NCBI GenBank assembly: GCA_049675585.1
Contig: JBAUAJ010000055.1
Location: forward strand, 55,025-119,024
Reading direction: 5' to 3'
DNA length: 64,000 nt
From: Thermoplasmata archaeon
GTDB lineage: Archaea > Thermoplasmatota > Thermoplasmata > Lutacidiplasmatales > UBA184
Below, in pieces: positions 1-9,660 of this stretch. The notes below the pieces were generated by a model. It was not told where the DNA came from and made no database searches. It was given only the letters and a program-made list of their open reading frames with translations. A program made the translations under genes and the position numbers. Each line of letters begins with the position of its first letter. Within the stretch, counting starts at the first letter, position 1.

Positions 1-196
1 GGGCCTCGTGGGGGAGGTTGACGGTCGCGCCGACCACGACGGCGCACCTGGGCACGAGTTAAGACCGTAGCGGCCGCGGGAGGGGACGGTCGGCCGAGCG
101 GACGGAGGCTCGTCGTCGAGGGTCGCCGAAAGGTCACCCGGGCCGTTATGGGGGGCCGGTGGTCGCCTCCCCAAGATTCCCTCTGGCCCGAAACCG

Positions 197-1690
197 ATGC
201 CCGACACATCCACCGTTCAATCCAGCATCCCGGCCGCCCCGTCATTCGACTCGACGCGGGAGGCCGCCCTGCTCCTCCTGACGACGCTGGGGACGGTCAT
301 GGTGGCGGTCGACAGCACGATCGTCATCCTCGCGCTTCCCACGATGTCGCGGGACCTCGGATCGCCCCTCCAGACGATCATCTGGACGATCCTCATCTAC
401 CTCCTGATCGCCGCCGCGCTCACGACCCAGTGCGGGCGGGTCGGCGATCTGCTCGGACGATCGCGGGTCTACAACTCCGGGTTCGCGATCTTCACCGTCG
501 GTTCTGCCCTCTGCGGGTTCGCCCCGAACGCTCTCGTCCTCATCGCCGCCCGGGCGATCCAGGCGATCGGCGGCTCGGTGATGATCGCCAACGCCGGCGC
601 GCTGATCGCCTATGTCTTCCCGCCACAACGTAGGGGACGGTCGTTCGGTTTCTTCGTGCTCGGCTGGAGCCTCGGCGCGATCCTGGGGATCCTCCTCGGC
701 GGAGTGATCACCACGACCCTCGGGTGGCGATACATCTTCTTCATCAACCTCCCGATCGGGATCGTTGCAACGGCCCTAGGCCTGCGCTTGCTCCCGGTGA
801 CCGTGGGGCGACCGGCCCGATTCGACATACCGGGGTGCGTCAGCTTCTCCGCCTCTCTCGCCCTTCTCTGCTACGGGGCGGTCGAGATCGCGGCCTCGGG
901 GGCGAGCACGTTCTACGTCGCCTGCGTCCTCACCGGCGTGGTTCTCCTCGCGCTGTTCGCCCTCATCGAGCTGCGCACACCCGACCCGATGCTCGACCTG
1001 CGGCAATTGCGGGGCCGACTCCTCGGGTTCTCCCTCGCCTCCGGTCTTCTCCAGAGCATCGGATACCTATCGGTGATCTTCCTGCTGACGCTGTATCTGC
1101 AGGGGATCCGCGGCCTCTCGCCGCTCGATGCCTCGCTGCTCCTGATCCCGGGCTACCTCGTCGGGGCGGTGATCGGCCCCATCACCGGACGGATGGTCGA
1201 CCGGATCGGTCCGCGAGCGCTGTCGACGGCGGGGATCGCGCTGATGGGCGTCTCGGTGATCGCCTATGCGCAGATGGGTCTCTCCACATGGCTCGGCTGG
1301 ATCCCGGTCGTCTCGACCGTGAGCGGATTCGGAATCGGGATGTTCTTCCCCGCGAACACGACCGCGATCATGAGCCAGGCGCGTCCGGAGACGTTCGGCT
1401 CGATCAGCGGGCTCCGCGGGACCTTGCTCAACGTGGGTACGCTCCTCAGCTTCGTCGTCACCCTGTCGATCGCTTCGGCGAGCGTCCCCCGGTACGTCGC
1501 CTATCAGGTGTTCCTCGGCGTCGGGACGCTATCGACCGCGTACGGTCATCAGTTCCTCGTCGGGCTGCACACCGCGCTCTACGGCTCGGCCCTCGTGCTG
1601 GTCGGCGCGGCCGCTTTCTCCTGGTTCCGGGGTCGACACGATCCGGCCCCTCCCGCCTGGCGCCCGGCGGGGAACTCCCCGAAGCCGTGA
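197..1690 (+). CDS. MFS transporter, DHA2/EmrB-QacA-like (14 TM predicted)
   Basis: 497 aa with about 14 hydrophobic segments. Has typical MFS motifs (GxLaDrxGrr-like 'GRVGDLLGRSR') and a long uninterrupted ORF. Confidence 0.8.
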   Translation: MPDTSTVQSSIPAAPSFDSTREAALLLLTTLGTVMVAVDSTIVILALPTMSRDLGSPLQTIIWTILIYLLIAAALTTQCGRVGDLLGRSRVYNSGFAIFTVGSALCGFAPNALVLIAARAIQAIGGSVMIANAGALIAYVFPPQRRGRSFGFFVLGWSLGAILGILLGGVITTTLGWRYIFFINLPIGIVATALGLRLLPVTVGRPARFDIPGCVSFSASLALLCYGAVEIAASGASTFYVACVLTGVVLLALFALIELRTPDPMLDLRQLRGRLLGFSLASGLLQSIGYLSVIFLLTLYLQGIRGLSPLDASLLLIPGYLVGAVIGPITGRMVDRIGPRALSTAGIALMGVSVIAYAQMGLSTWLGWIPVVSTVSGFGIGMFFPANTTAIMSQARPETFGSISGLRGTLLNVGTLLSFVVTLSIASASVPRYVAYQVFLGVGTLSTAYGHQFLVGLHTALYGSALVLVGAAAFSWFRGRHDPAPPAWRPAGNSPKP

Positions 1691-1724
1691 CCGGTCGGGT
1701 GCGGTTCGATTCGAGCGGCTCGGT

Positions 1725-2288
1725 CTAGCCGCAGCAGCCTTCCGTCGTGGAGAAGGACGGGTTGTAGGGGAACCCCTGGCAGGAGGAGCTTCCCTGCGCC
1801 GTGATCGTCACCTGGAACGAGGCCGTGACCTTCTCGCAGGAGTCTCCCGCCGCGGCGCTCAGCCCGTAGACCGCTTTGTAGGCGAACTTCTGGTTCTGAT
1901 CGAGCTGGACGTTGGGCGACGCCGAGAGCAGATTGTCGCTGTAGGTGAACACCGTGCAACCGGGCGGCAGCGTGGCGGCGATGTGGGGAACGAGCTGCTC
2001 GGGGCCGTTGCCGGTGTTCTCGAGCGTGCCGTTCAACCAGCATCGCGCTCCCGGGAACAGCCCGGTCGCGCTCGCGGTCAGCACGGAGCTCGTCACCGAG
2101 AACGAACAGTGCACCGTGTGGGGGCCGCCGGTCGTCGAAGTGGGGGTTACCCACGCGAGGCTCGGCTCGGTCTGGCACCGGTCGTCTTGACCGCGGCCCT
2201 CGTGGCATCCTCCGCCGCCCCAGGCGTAGGCTACCCCGCCGAGGGCGAGGAGGGCCGTGGCGAACGCGGCGATGACGACGAGCTTCAC
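1725..2288 (-). CDS. secreted Cys-rich hypothetical protein (N-terminal signal peptide, C-terminal GCCG)
   Basis: N-terminus MKLVVIAAFATALLALGGVAYAW is a hydrophobic signal and may be SipW-cognate-like. Ten Cys residues. Last gene of the minus-strand TasA/SipW-like operon. Confidence 0.5.
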   Translation of the reverse strand: MKLVVIAAFATALLALGGVAYAWGGGGCHEGRGQDDRCQTEPSLAWVTPTSTTGGPHTVHCSFSVTSSVLTASATGLFPGARCWLNGTLENTGNGPEQLVPHIAATLPPGCTVFTYSDNLLSASPNVQLDQNQKFAYKAVYGLSAAAGDSCEKVTASFQVTITAQGSSSCQGFPYNPSFSTTEGCCG

Positions 2289-2318
2289 TCGACCGGAGCT
2301 CCGGGGGGTCGGTTCGAT

Positions 2319-2852
2319 CTATTCGCCCGCCGTGGCGGTGAACGAGATCGTGAAGCTCATCCAGACGTCACCCGCGCAGGAGGTCGGGAACGCACCCGAA
2401 TGCAGGTACCAGTTCGTCCCGTAGGACGCCCCGGGGCCGAGGGTATCGCCCGGCGGGTCATTCGAGGTGAGCACCTCGGTGAACGCGCCGATGCTGCAGG
2501 TGGACGGCCCGTGGGTGCTGGTCGAGAGGCTCCAGGCGACGTCCTGCGCCGGAACGGTCCCGATGTTCTTCACCGTGACCGAGAGATTGAACAGGGTATG
2601 CGGCGGGGTGTTGTTGATCCAGACCTGAACGCTCGTCGAGGGGAGCGTCGTCGTCTTGAGCAGCACGTAGCCGGGCGCAGCGACCAGGCTCGCGCTCGTG
2701 ACGACGAGCCCGAACGACGCCGCGTGGGCGGAACCGTGGACGGTGGCGGAGGCCGCGAACGCCGAGAAGCCGACGCCGGCGGAGACGATCAGGACGGCCG
2801 CCACGACGAGCGGTAAGGCCCACCGGAGGCTACGCGAAGGGTTCATCGGCAC
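2319..2852 (-). CDS. TasA/camelysin-like secreted protein with SipW-cognate class signal peptide
   Basis: N-terminus ...VSAGVGFSAFAASATVHGS matches the SipW-cognate signal pattern G-x-G-aromatic-S/F-A-F-x-A-T. About 150 aa Thr/Ser-rich beta-type mature domain. Sits next to a paralog and a SipW-type peptidase. Confidence 0.6.
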   Translation of the reverse strand: MPMNPSRSLRWALPLVVAAVLIVSAGVGFSAFAASATVHGSAHAASFGLVVTSASLVAAPGYVLLKTTTLPSTSVQVWINNTPPHTLFNLSVTVKNIGTVPAQDVAWSLSTSTHGPSTCSIGAFTEVLTSNDPPGDTLGPGASYGTNWYLHSGAFPTSCAGDVWMSFTISFTATAGE

Positions 2853-2895
2853 CTCGGTGCGAGGCGCCGGGAAGCGCTCCTTCCGCGGGAGGCGT

Positions 2896-3444
2896 TCAGA
2901 TGCCCGCGCTCCCGATGTAGTAGATCGAGAAGATACCGGACGCCGGAGCGGAGGTCGACCCCGCCGGGATCCAGATGCTGATCATGTCGGTGTAGGGACC
3001 ACCGAGGGTGGTGATCGAATTCACGTTGTAGATCGGGGCGGTGGAGGTGAGCCCCGCGGTGTCGGAGACATCGTAGCAGTTGAGCGCAGCCCCGACGCAG
3101 ATCCCGGAGGTCGCGTTGAGCTGGTCGGAAAGGACGAGCGGAACCGAGCCGACGTTGGTGATGATCGCGCCCGTGGTGCAGACGCCGCCCGGCACGAGGT
3201 TCGATACGGTGAGCGTAAGGACGGTATACTTAGCATTCGAGGAGACGCCGACAATTCCCGGGGCGGGCGCTCCGGAGGCGTAGTTGCAGGACGCCGTGTA
3301 GGTCGAGGTGATCTGAAGCTGGACGTTCCCTGCCGTCGCCGTCCCGTTCACCGTCGCCGTCGCAGTGAACGCGGAGTATCCGACTCCGACGAGCCCCGCC
3401 ACGGCCAACACTGCCAACATGCCAACGACCCATCGGTTCGTCAT
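2896..3444 (-). CDS. TasA/camelysin-like secreted protein with SipW-cognate class signal peptide (putative pilin-like subunit)
   Basis: N-terminus MTNRWVVGMLAVLAVAGLVGVGYSAFTATATVNGTATAGN closely matches the TasA-type SipW-cognate signal (GxGTxAxFxDT...N.F.AG). Paralog of 2319..2852. Confidence 0.65.
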   Translation of the reverse strand: MTNRWVVGMLAVLAVAGLVGVGYSAFTATATVNGTATAGNVQLQITSTYTASCNYASGAPAPGIVGVSSNAKYTVLTLTVSNLVPGGVCTTGAIITNVGSVPLVLSDQLNATSGICVGAALNCYDVSDTAGLTSTAPIYNVNSITTLGGPYTDMISIWIPAGSTSAPASGIFSIYYIGSAGI

Positions 3445-3629
3445 AGGTTATCCCCGGGAGGCTCGCGCCTCGCAGGCCCATAGAGGGGGGAGTTTAAGGC
3501 GGGTCTGAATCGTCGGAAACGTTCGTCCGTAGCATTCGTTCGGATGGTACGCGGGCGTCGCCGGTTCGCGGATCTGCGAACTCCGGAGAGGAAACGCCCC
3601 GTACGAGCCACGGATTCCGGAAACTCGGC

Positions 3630-5045
3630 CTACTGGGCCGGCCCGGATCCCTTTGTCGCGGGCGGCCGGCTGGCTGGGGAGGGGGGCGACTTCGAAGTAT
3701 CCGACGCGGCGGCCTTCTTGTCGGGGACGTCCCAGGGGCCCAATCGCGAGTAGAGCTGGCCGAGCACGACCCACGCGGCGTCGATCCGGCCCCGCTGCGC
3801 GAGCCCGATCGCCCGCAGCAGGAGCTCCTCGGAGTCCTGGCGCAGCGAGCTCGACGGCCGGAACCAGCGCAGACGGTCGCTGATCCGGTCGGTCCATTGG
3901 ACGAAGGAGTCGAGGCTGGTCGTGTCGACGCCGGGGATGCGGGGGTACCGCTCGTGCCAGTCGCGCACCGCCGAGGTGAGCGGGCGCGCCGGGGTGGTCG
4001 TCGAGCTCTTCACGGGAACGTCGGCCGGCGAAGCGCCGCCCGAGCGTCCGCCGTGGACGAAGACGAAGGCGGTCGACCCGGAGACCACGTAGAATGAGGT
4101 GTACGCGGGATCGTTCGGCCCGGCCATGGACGTTCGCGCAACCCGCAGGATCGGAGCTCCGAGCGTGTCCGCGGCTTTGACGATGTCTTCCCAAGCACGG
4201 ACCGGAACGAGGTTGGTCGATGCGGGAGGCGCCCTCGCGTCGACGATCGCCTCCTCGTACGGTCGGGTGACCGCGGCGAGCTCGAGGGCGGGCTGCTCGT
4301 CGTGGCGGGAATCGTACGTGAGGTAGGCCATCGCACCGGCGCCGCCGAGCGCCCCGAAGAGGAGGAGGAAGGCGACGACCGAAACGTTCGCCTTTCCGAG
4401 GGTGGGGGGATCCCCCGGGAGGAAGAAGGCTCCGTTGCTGGAGAAGCTCAGTCTGGACGGAGTGATCTGGCTCTGGGTAAAGTTGAGCGAGAGAGATGGC
4501 ACGAAGCTGATCCCGGTCGCCGACTCGCCGAGCTGGGCGGAACTGTGGACGTTCGGCTCGATGATGACCGAGTAGGAACTCGGGGTGTACCCCGTCTGCT
4601 TCTCGATGGAGCTGGCAATGGAGGTGACGTTCGCCACGTTGAGGTTGTACGTGGCCCCCAGGATGAGGGTCGCTCCGTTGTGCACGGTCGTCCGGGCCGA
4701 CTCGGTGGCGATCGTCTTCGACCAATCGGGGGTCTGTATCAGGACGGAGATGGAGGCCACGCTCGTGGCGTTGATGGCGTGGTTCGCCGTGAGCCGGAAC
4801 GTGAAACTGAAGTTGACCCAGCTCGTGATCGCGGTGAATAGCGTGCCGTTCCCCGGGGTCAGGTGGGTCGTGTTGTACAGCGTGTTGTTCTTCAAGTCGG
4901 CGATGTATCCGAACTTGCCGCTCTGGGTGTAGGTGAACACCGGGGTCGGCTTGATTGTTGCCGGGTGGTCGGTCTCGGCGACCCAGTAGCCCGCGAACGC
5001 CGCGAGGCAGACGAAGACGACCAGGCCGATGACGACCGCTTTCAT
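3630..5045 (-). CDS. bitopic membrane glycoprotein of the TasA/SipW-like operon (N-terminal TM, sequon-rich ectodomain, second TM, about 200-aa cytoplasmic tail)
   Basis: Start taken at internal Met (MKAVVIGLVVFVCLAAFAGYWVA), which overlaps the upstream stop by 4 nt (ATGA). At least 9 N-x-S/T sequons in the ectodomain. Second TM is VVAFLLLFGALGGAGAMAYL. Confidence 0.55.
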   Translation of the reverse strand: MKAVVIGLVVFVCLAAFAGYWVAETDHPATIKPTPVFTYTQSGKFGYIADLKNNTLYNTTHLTPGNGTLFTAITSWVNFSFTFRLTANHAINATSVASISVLIQTPDWSKTIATESARTTVHNGATLILGATYNLNVANVTSIASSIEKQTGYTPSSYSVIIEPNVHSSAQLGESATGISFVPSLSLNFTQSQITPSRLSFSSNGAFFLPGDPPTLGKANVSVVAFLLLFGALGGAGAMAYLTYDSRHDEQPALELAAVTRPYEEAIVDARAPPASTNLVPVRAWEDIVKAADTLGAPILRVARTSMAGPNDPAYTSFYVVSGSTAFVFVHGGRSGGASPADVPVKSSTTTPARPLTSAVRDWHERYPRIPGVDTTSLDSFVQWTDRISDRLRWFRPSSSLRQDSEELLLRAIGLAQRGRIDAAWVVLGQLYSRLGPWDVPDKKAAASDTSKSPPSPASRPPATKGSGPAQ

Positions 5046-6391
5046 CCCGTGGGCCTCCGGTGAGGGAAGCGCCGAGAGCCACTGGGCCAGAAGAGGATTC
5101 CGAGGATGGCCGCCACCGCGATCGTGCCCGCGGTGAGCTCGGGGGAGAGGATGAAGAACCCCATGTACGGCACGATCACCGCGACCTTTCCGAGGACGGA
5201 GGAGTAGGGGACCGGACACGGGTCGGCCGACGGGTTCGCGTCGCCTTTGGTCGTGTAGACGGGGCCGGTCGGGCCGTTGGTGATCGCGATCACCCGATGG
5301 ACCACCGGAGACGGAAGGCAGGTCGTCGAGTAGGCGACGATCGTCCCGACCGTGATGGCGGATGCCGGGACGTGCTGGATCACGACCAGGGTGCCCCGGT
5401 GGAGGGTAGGAACCATGCTACCGGTCTCGATCGCGAGGAACGGGTGATCGGTCCCGAGGTAGTGGGGGACCCCGACGAGTACGGCGACCACCACGATCAC
5501 CGCGGCGACACCGACCCAGATCGATTCCCGCAGGGCCTTCTTCCGTCTCAACTGGCCCAGGAATCGGTCCCGTTTCGACCCAAAGGACTCGCCGAGATAC
5601 CGACGAGCGACGAGCCGGGGCTCCCGGAGCGAGGCGAGGATCAGGAGGAGCAGGACGGCGTCCGCGAAGAGGGCGATCAGGAAGACGTCGATCCAGCCCT
5701 GACTCAGCGCGACGAGCGGGAAGAAGCTCGCGACCAGGGCGCCCCCGGTGCGGAGGATGAACGGCCCGAGGATGTTGCGATTCGACTTGTAGTAGTAGAA
5801 TCCGAGCACGATCCCGAGGGTAAGCGCGAGCGCCGTGTTCGTGAGCAGGTAGCTCCCGAGCTCCACGGTCCCGAGCGAGTGGAGGACGGGGAAGTTCGTG
5901 GAGAGCAGCGCGAACATCACGGCGGAGATCCCCAGGGCCGAGGCGAAGCGGCGGGGGGCGAGCAGGCGTCCGAAGATGTAGCCGCGGAACACCGCCTCCT
6001 GACCGAGGGCGGTCAACGGGGCGAGCGCGAGGGCGTAGCCAAATGAAAGGGGAGGAAGCGGCGCGACCTTCGCGAATCCGAACGCGAATCCGGGCTCGAG
6101 CAGCACGATCGTCTGAATCAGGACCAGGCAGCCGGCGAGCCCGATCGCCGGGAGCCACGGCCTCGGGACGGAGAATCCGTACGAGGCGAGCGGAAGTCGG
6201 TCCCAGAGGGTGAACAGCAGGAAAAGACCGAACAGAGCGATCGGAACGACCAGGCCGAAGATCAGGTCGAGCCGGAGCGAGATCTTGGCGCTCTCGTAGA
6301 GGTACCCTTGTTCTATCGCGAACGCCCCAAGGAACAGCAGGAGCGGCTTCGCAAAGACGCGAGGGCGAGGGAGCCGTTCGGATCGTTCCAT
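5042..6391 (-). CDS. fusion protein: N-terminal CPBP (CAAX protease/Abi) intramembrane protease domain plus C-terminal archaeal SipW/Sec11-type signal peptidase I (S26)
   Basis: N-terminal about 280 aa is polytopic with CPBP motif 1 (GQEAVFRGYIFGRL, i.e. EExxFRG) and motif 2 FxxxH (FPVLH). C-terminal about 150 aa carries the S26 catalytic region LAIETGSMVPTL (Ser in the GSMxPT box), ...VHRVIAI..., GDAN, flanked by TM helices as in archaeal SipW. Confidence 0.6.
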   Translation of the reverse strand: MERSERLPRPRVFAKPLLLFLGAFAIEQGYLYESAKISLRLDLIFGLVVPIALFGLFLLFTLWDRLPLASYGFSVPRPWLPAIGLAGCLVLIQTIVLLEPGFAFGFAKVAPLPPLSFGYALALAPLTALGQEAVFRGYIFGRLLAPRRFASALGISAVMFALLSTNFPVLHSLGTVELGSYLLTNTALALTLGIVLGFYYYKSNRNILGPFILRTGGALVASFFPLVALSQGWIDVFLIALFADAVLLLLILASLREPRLVARRYLGESFGSKRDRFLGQLRRKKALRESIWVGVAAVIVVVAVLVGVPHYLGTDHPFLAIETGSMVPTLHRGTLVVIQHVPASAITVGTIVAYSTTCLPSPVVHRVIAITNGPTGPVYTTKGDANPSADPCPVPYSSVLGKVAVIVPYMGFFILSPELTAGTIAVAAILGILFWPSGSRRFPHRRPTG

Positions 6392-6421
6392 GGCGCCCCT
6401 CCGCCGGCGAGGGTCGTGGGT

Positions 6422-6919
6422 TCAGCGGCCCCGGCCGCTGGGACGCTTCATCGGTGGAAAGGCATCGCGAGGCGCGGTGTGTCGCGTCGGAGGCGTCCGA
6501 CCCGCCGAGATCGCCTGGGCGGATGGCCGAAGATCGGCCCACGCGAGGCGAGCGAGGAGCTGAACTGCGTCGTACGGCGGTTTCCCGCGGGCCGATCCGT
6601 TGCCACCGTTTCGAATGGGCGGCGTCAGTCGATAGAGCGTGTCGATCGCCGCGGCGACCTCCGAGCTCTTCGAGATGATCGTGTCGACGGCGCCGAGCCA
6701 CTCTTCCGCCGCAGGGGTCGCCGAAAGACCACTTCCGGTGGGCTGGAGTAGACCGAGGGATACGCCGAGCGAAGAGTACCTTTGGAACGAGACCTGGTTC
6801 AGGTTCGCCATCCCGATGATTCGGGTCTTGCGCTCCTCGTTGGTGGCGGCCCGGACGATGTCGCGGAGCACCTCGATCTTGGTCCGGTAGCGCGCGTTAT
6901 TCTCCCCGATTCTCGGCAT
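6422..6919 (-). CDS. winged-helix transcriptional regulator, HTH_45 family, with R/P-rich C-terminal tail
   Basis: Internal Met start MPRIGENNARYRTKIEVLRDIV...KTRIIGMANLNQVSFQRYSSLGVSLGLL matches the archaeal HTH_45 wHTH pattern. Immediately upstream of the SipW-fusion gene on the same strand. Confidence 0.55.
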   Translation of the reverse strand: MPRIGENNARYRTKIEVLRDIVRAATNEERKTRIIGMANLNQVSFQRYSSLGVSLGLLQPTGSGLSATPAAEEWLGAVDTIISKSSEVAAAIDTLYRLTPPIRNGGNGSARGKPPYDAVQLLARLAWADLRPSAQAISAGRTPPTRHTAPRDAFPPMKRPSGRGR

Positions 6920-7068
6920 TTCCCACCCGGGACCCGGTCCCGCCCCCTCCCTCGCAGAAGGGGACCGCCCATGGGATGTTGGGCGTATAACATCACCGGC
7001 TGTTCCGGAGCATCCGGGCGGTTCCGAATCCCGTTTTCGAGAACCGCGCCGGGCTCGCTTCGTTGGAT

Positions 7069-7539
7069 TCATTCGACCCTCCCGCCGTCCTTCCGCCGAA
7101 ACAGGCGGACCGCGTCCCGAACGATACGGTCGTGGTCAAACGCGAGGGGATGGGCCGATTTCACGGGAACCCAGCCCGCCCACGATGCGTCGTCGGCCCC
7201 TCGGGGAATACCCCCGGAGCCCTGGATGAGGAACGCCACGGTCGTCACGGGCTTCCGTGGGTCTCGGGTAGGCCCTGAATAAACTCCGACTATCTTCCCG
7301 GGTCGACCGACCAATCCGGTCTCTTCGCGGAGCTCCCGCGCCATAGCGGCCTCCACGGTCTCTTCCCGCTCGACGAAACCCCCCGGAAGCGCCCACATCC
7401 CCCGAAACGGGGCCCTACCTCTCCGTACCAGCAGGATCTTGCCCCGACGTATCCAGACCGCGTCCACGGTCAGGGCAGGCCCGCTCCGCCAACGGGGCAC
7501 GCCTGGCGGACCGGGGAGTCGATTATACCGATGACCCAA
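7069..7539 (-). CDS. NUDIX hydrolase
   Basis: Nudix box GGFVEREETVEAAMARELREETGL (Gx5Ex7REUxEExGU). Confidence 0.7.
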   Translation of the reverse strand: MGHRYNRLPGPPGVPRWRSGPALTVDAVWIRRGKILLVRRGRAPFRGMWALPGGFVEREETVEAAMARELREETGLVGRPGKIVGVYSGPTRDPRKPVTTVAFLIQGSGGIPRGADDASWAGWVPVKSAHPLAFDHDRIVRDAVRLFRRKDGGRVE

Positions 7540-7623
7540 ACCCGGCTATACTCCAAGGGAGCCCCTACGCAGGCCGCTCCCAAGCAAGGATTATCCTCCC
7601 GTCCGAAGTGGCACGATTCGTAG

Positions 7624-8667
7624 ATGCAGATCCTCCGGAGCAAGGCGCCCCTTCGGATCAGCTTCGCGGGTGGGGGGACCGACGTCTCTCCCTACCCGGA
7701 GGAGAAGGGGGGTGCCGTCCTCAACTGCACGATCGACAAGTTCGCCTACGCGACCCTGGAAGCGAATCCGGACGGGCTCGGGCAGACGTCGATCGAGTCG
7801 CTCGACTTCAACATGGTCGTCAATTTCCAGATGGCGGGGGACGTCGTTTACAACGGGGAGCTCGACCTCGTGAAGGCCGCGCTCAAAGTGCTTCGAAAAC
7901 CAAAGGGTCCGACCGGGCGAGATGACTCGCTCCGCCTGTTCCTTCACTCGGACGCTCCCGCAGGCACTGGGCTCGGCAGCTCTTCTGCGATGTGCGTGGC
8001 CCTCGTGGGCGTGTTCCAGCACTACCTGAAGGAGCCGTGGACCTCGTACGACGTCTCCGAGCTCGCTTACCACATCGAGCGAGAAGAACTCGGCCTGCAG
8101 GGGGGTCGGCAGGACATGTACGCCGCCGCGTTTGGCGGATTCAACTTCATGGAGTTCAACAAGGACCGGACGATCGTCAATCCGCTCAAGATCCACCCGG
8201 AGGTGGCGAACGAGCTCGCCTACCGCCTCCTCCTCTGCTACACGGGGACCGTTCGGTTCTCCGACCGGCTCATTCAGCGGCAGCAGCAACGGTACGCGGA
8301 GAAGTCGAGCCGCACGCTGGACGCCCTCGACGGCACCAAACAGCTAGCGGTCGACATGAAAAACGAGCTGCTGCGCGGCAACATCGACGAGATGGGCAGG
8401 CTCCTAGACCAGGGATGGCAACTCAAGAAGCAGTTCGCGGATGGCATGTCGACGGATCAGATCGACTCGATCTACTCTCACGCCAAGGAAGCGGGAGCCC
8501 TCGGCGGGAAGCTGACCGGGGCGGGCGGAGGGGGCTACCTCCTCCTGTTCTGTGACTTTGCGCGTCGGGCCAAGGTTGCGAAGGCGGTACAGGATCTTGG
8601 GGGCCGCGTCGAGGACTTCGCACTCGAACCGATGGGGCTGCAGTCCTGGTCGGTCCGATCCCACTAG
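7624..8667 (+). CDS. GHMP-family sugar kinase (HddA-like D-glycero-D-manno-heptose-7-phosphate kinase / sugar-1-kinase)
   Basis: N-terminus APLRISFAGGGTDV, a GHMP ATP-binding loop PAGTGLGSSSA, and C-terminus GGKLTGAGGGGYLL, as in HddA/fucokinase-type kinases. Confidence 0.65.
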   Translation: MQILRSKAPLRISFAGGGTDVSPYPEEKGGAVLNCTIDKFAYATLEANPDGLGQTSIESLDFNMVVNFQMAGDVVYNGELDLVKAALKVLRKPKGPTGRDDSLRLFLHSDAPAGTGLGSSSAMCVALVGVFQHYLKEPWTSYDVSELAYHIEREELGLQGGRQDMYAAAFGGFNFMEFNKDRTIVNPLKIHPEVANELAYRLLLCYTGTVRFSDRLIQRQQQRYAEKSSRTLDALDGTKQLAVDMKNELLRGNIDEMGRLLDQGWQLKKQFADGMSTDQIDSIYSHAKEAGALGGKLTGAGGGGYLLLFCDFARRAKVAKAVQDLGGRVEDFALEPMGLQSWSVRSH

Positions 8668-8710
8668 CGGGCCGGATAGCCCTGCGCTTTCCGCCGGCTC
8701 GGACCTCGCT

Positions 8711-9496
8711 TTAGATCTCAGCCGTTCCTTCGAGGTAGAAGACGCACTCGCCTTCGAGGTCAACCCGGTCGCCCCTCAATCGGAGGACGACCTCGCCTCC
8801 CCGCGGGGAGGCCTGGAATGCGCGGAACGACGTCTTCTGGAGGCGTGCAGCCCAGAATGGGGCGAGCATACAATGCGCCGCGCCCGTCACGGGATCCTCG
8901 GGAATCCCCTTGGCCGGGGCGAAGTAGCGGCTGATGAAGTCATATCCTTCGTCCCCGCGTGCGGTGACAATCACTCCGGGGCGATCCAAGCGAGCGATCG
9001 CGGCGAAGTCTGGTCTGAGGCCCCGTAGAGTACGGGGACCGTCAAGGAGCGCCAGAAAGTTGAACTCGTTCTCCGTAACCTGGGCCGGCGTCATTCCTAG
9101 CGCCTCCGTGAGCCCGATCGGAGGGGGAATCGGGCGAGAGGTTCGAGCGGGGAAGTCCATGAGATATTTCCCGTCCGATCGAGTGACCGAGAGCGGACCG
9201 CTCGCGGTATCAAACACCACCCTGGATCGACTCGGCTCCAGCCGTTCCATCACGACGGCCGCGCTCGCGAGCGTGCCGTGACCGCACAGCGGTACCTCCG
9301 TGGTTGGCGTGAACCAACGCAGTCGGTAATCTGTGCCTGATTTGACGAGGAACGCGGTTTCCGCGAGGTTGTTCTCGGCGGCGACTGCCTGAAGGTGAGC
9401 ATCGGGGAGGTACTGATCGAGGAGCATGACTGCGGCCGGGTTGCCGGCAAATCGACGGGTCGTGAACGCGTCGACCTGATAGATCGCGACTCTCAT
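8711..9496 (-). CDS. PhzF-family isomerase (phenazine biosynthesis-like protein)
   Basis: Start at MRVAIYQVDAFT (ATG verified at 9496). Has GNPAAV and CGHGTLA motifs of PhzF/DAP-epimerase-fold proteins. Confidence 0.7.
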   Translation of the reverse strand: MRVAIYQVDAFTTRRFAGNPAAVMLLDQYLPDAHLQAVAAENNLAETAFLVKSGTDYRLRWFTPTTEVPLCGHGTLASAAVVMERLEPSRSRVVFDTASGPLSVTRSDGKYLMDFPARTSRPIPPPIGLTEALGMTPAQVTENEFNFLALLDGPRTLRGLRPDFAAIARLDRPGVIVTARGDEGYDFISRYFAPAKGIPEDPVTGAAHCMLAPFWAARLQKTSFRAFQASPRGGEVVLRLRGDRVDLEGECVFYLEGTAEI

Positions 9497-9660
9497 GACG
9501 AGCCTCGTTACATATGGGGGCCTTTGAGCTTGCACCAATCTAGGGGTACGGGGCCGTCTCAAGTACGGAGCCGCTTGCGTCGCTGGCCAACAGTATTTAC
9601 CCGAAGCCCTAAAGGGGGCGAACCTCCACGTCCTATCGGAGAACGGGAGCACTGGGTTCG

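Noticed and set aside
1725-2288. C-terminal GCCG of the Cys-rich protein as a MYXO-CTERM-like sorting signal for the adjacent CPBP domain
   Set aside because: MYXO-CTERM-type signals require a TM helix and basic tail after the Cys motif. This protein ends immediately after GCCG.
148-6701. Numerous long overlapping ORFs in alternative frames (e.g. 148..633, 724..1728, 1579..2208, 1983..2816, 3448..5082, 5060..6046, 5418..6701)
   Set aside because: Arg/Pro/Gly/Asp-rich, low-complexity translations that fully overlap better-supported genes on the same or opposite strand. This is the typical stop-codon-poor artefact of roughly 65% GC DNA.
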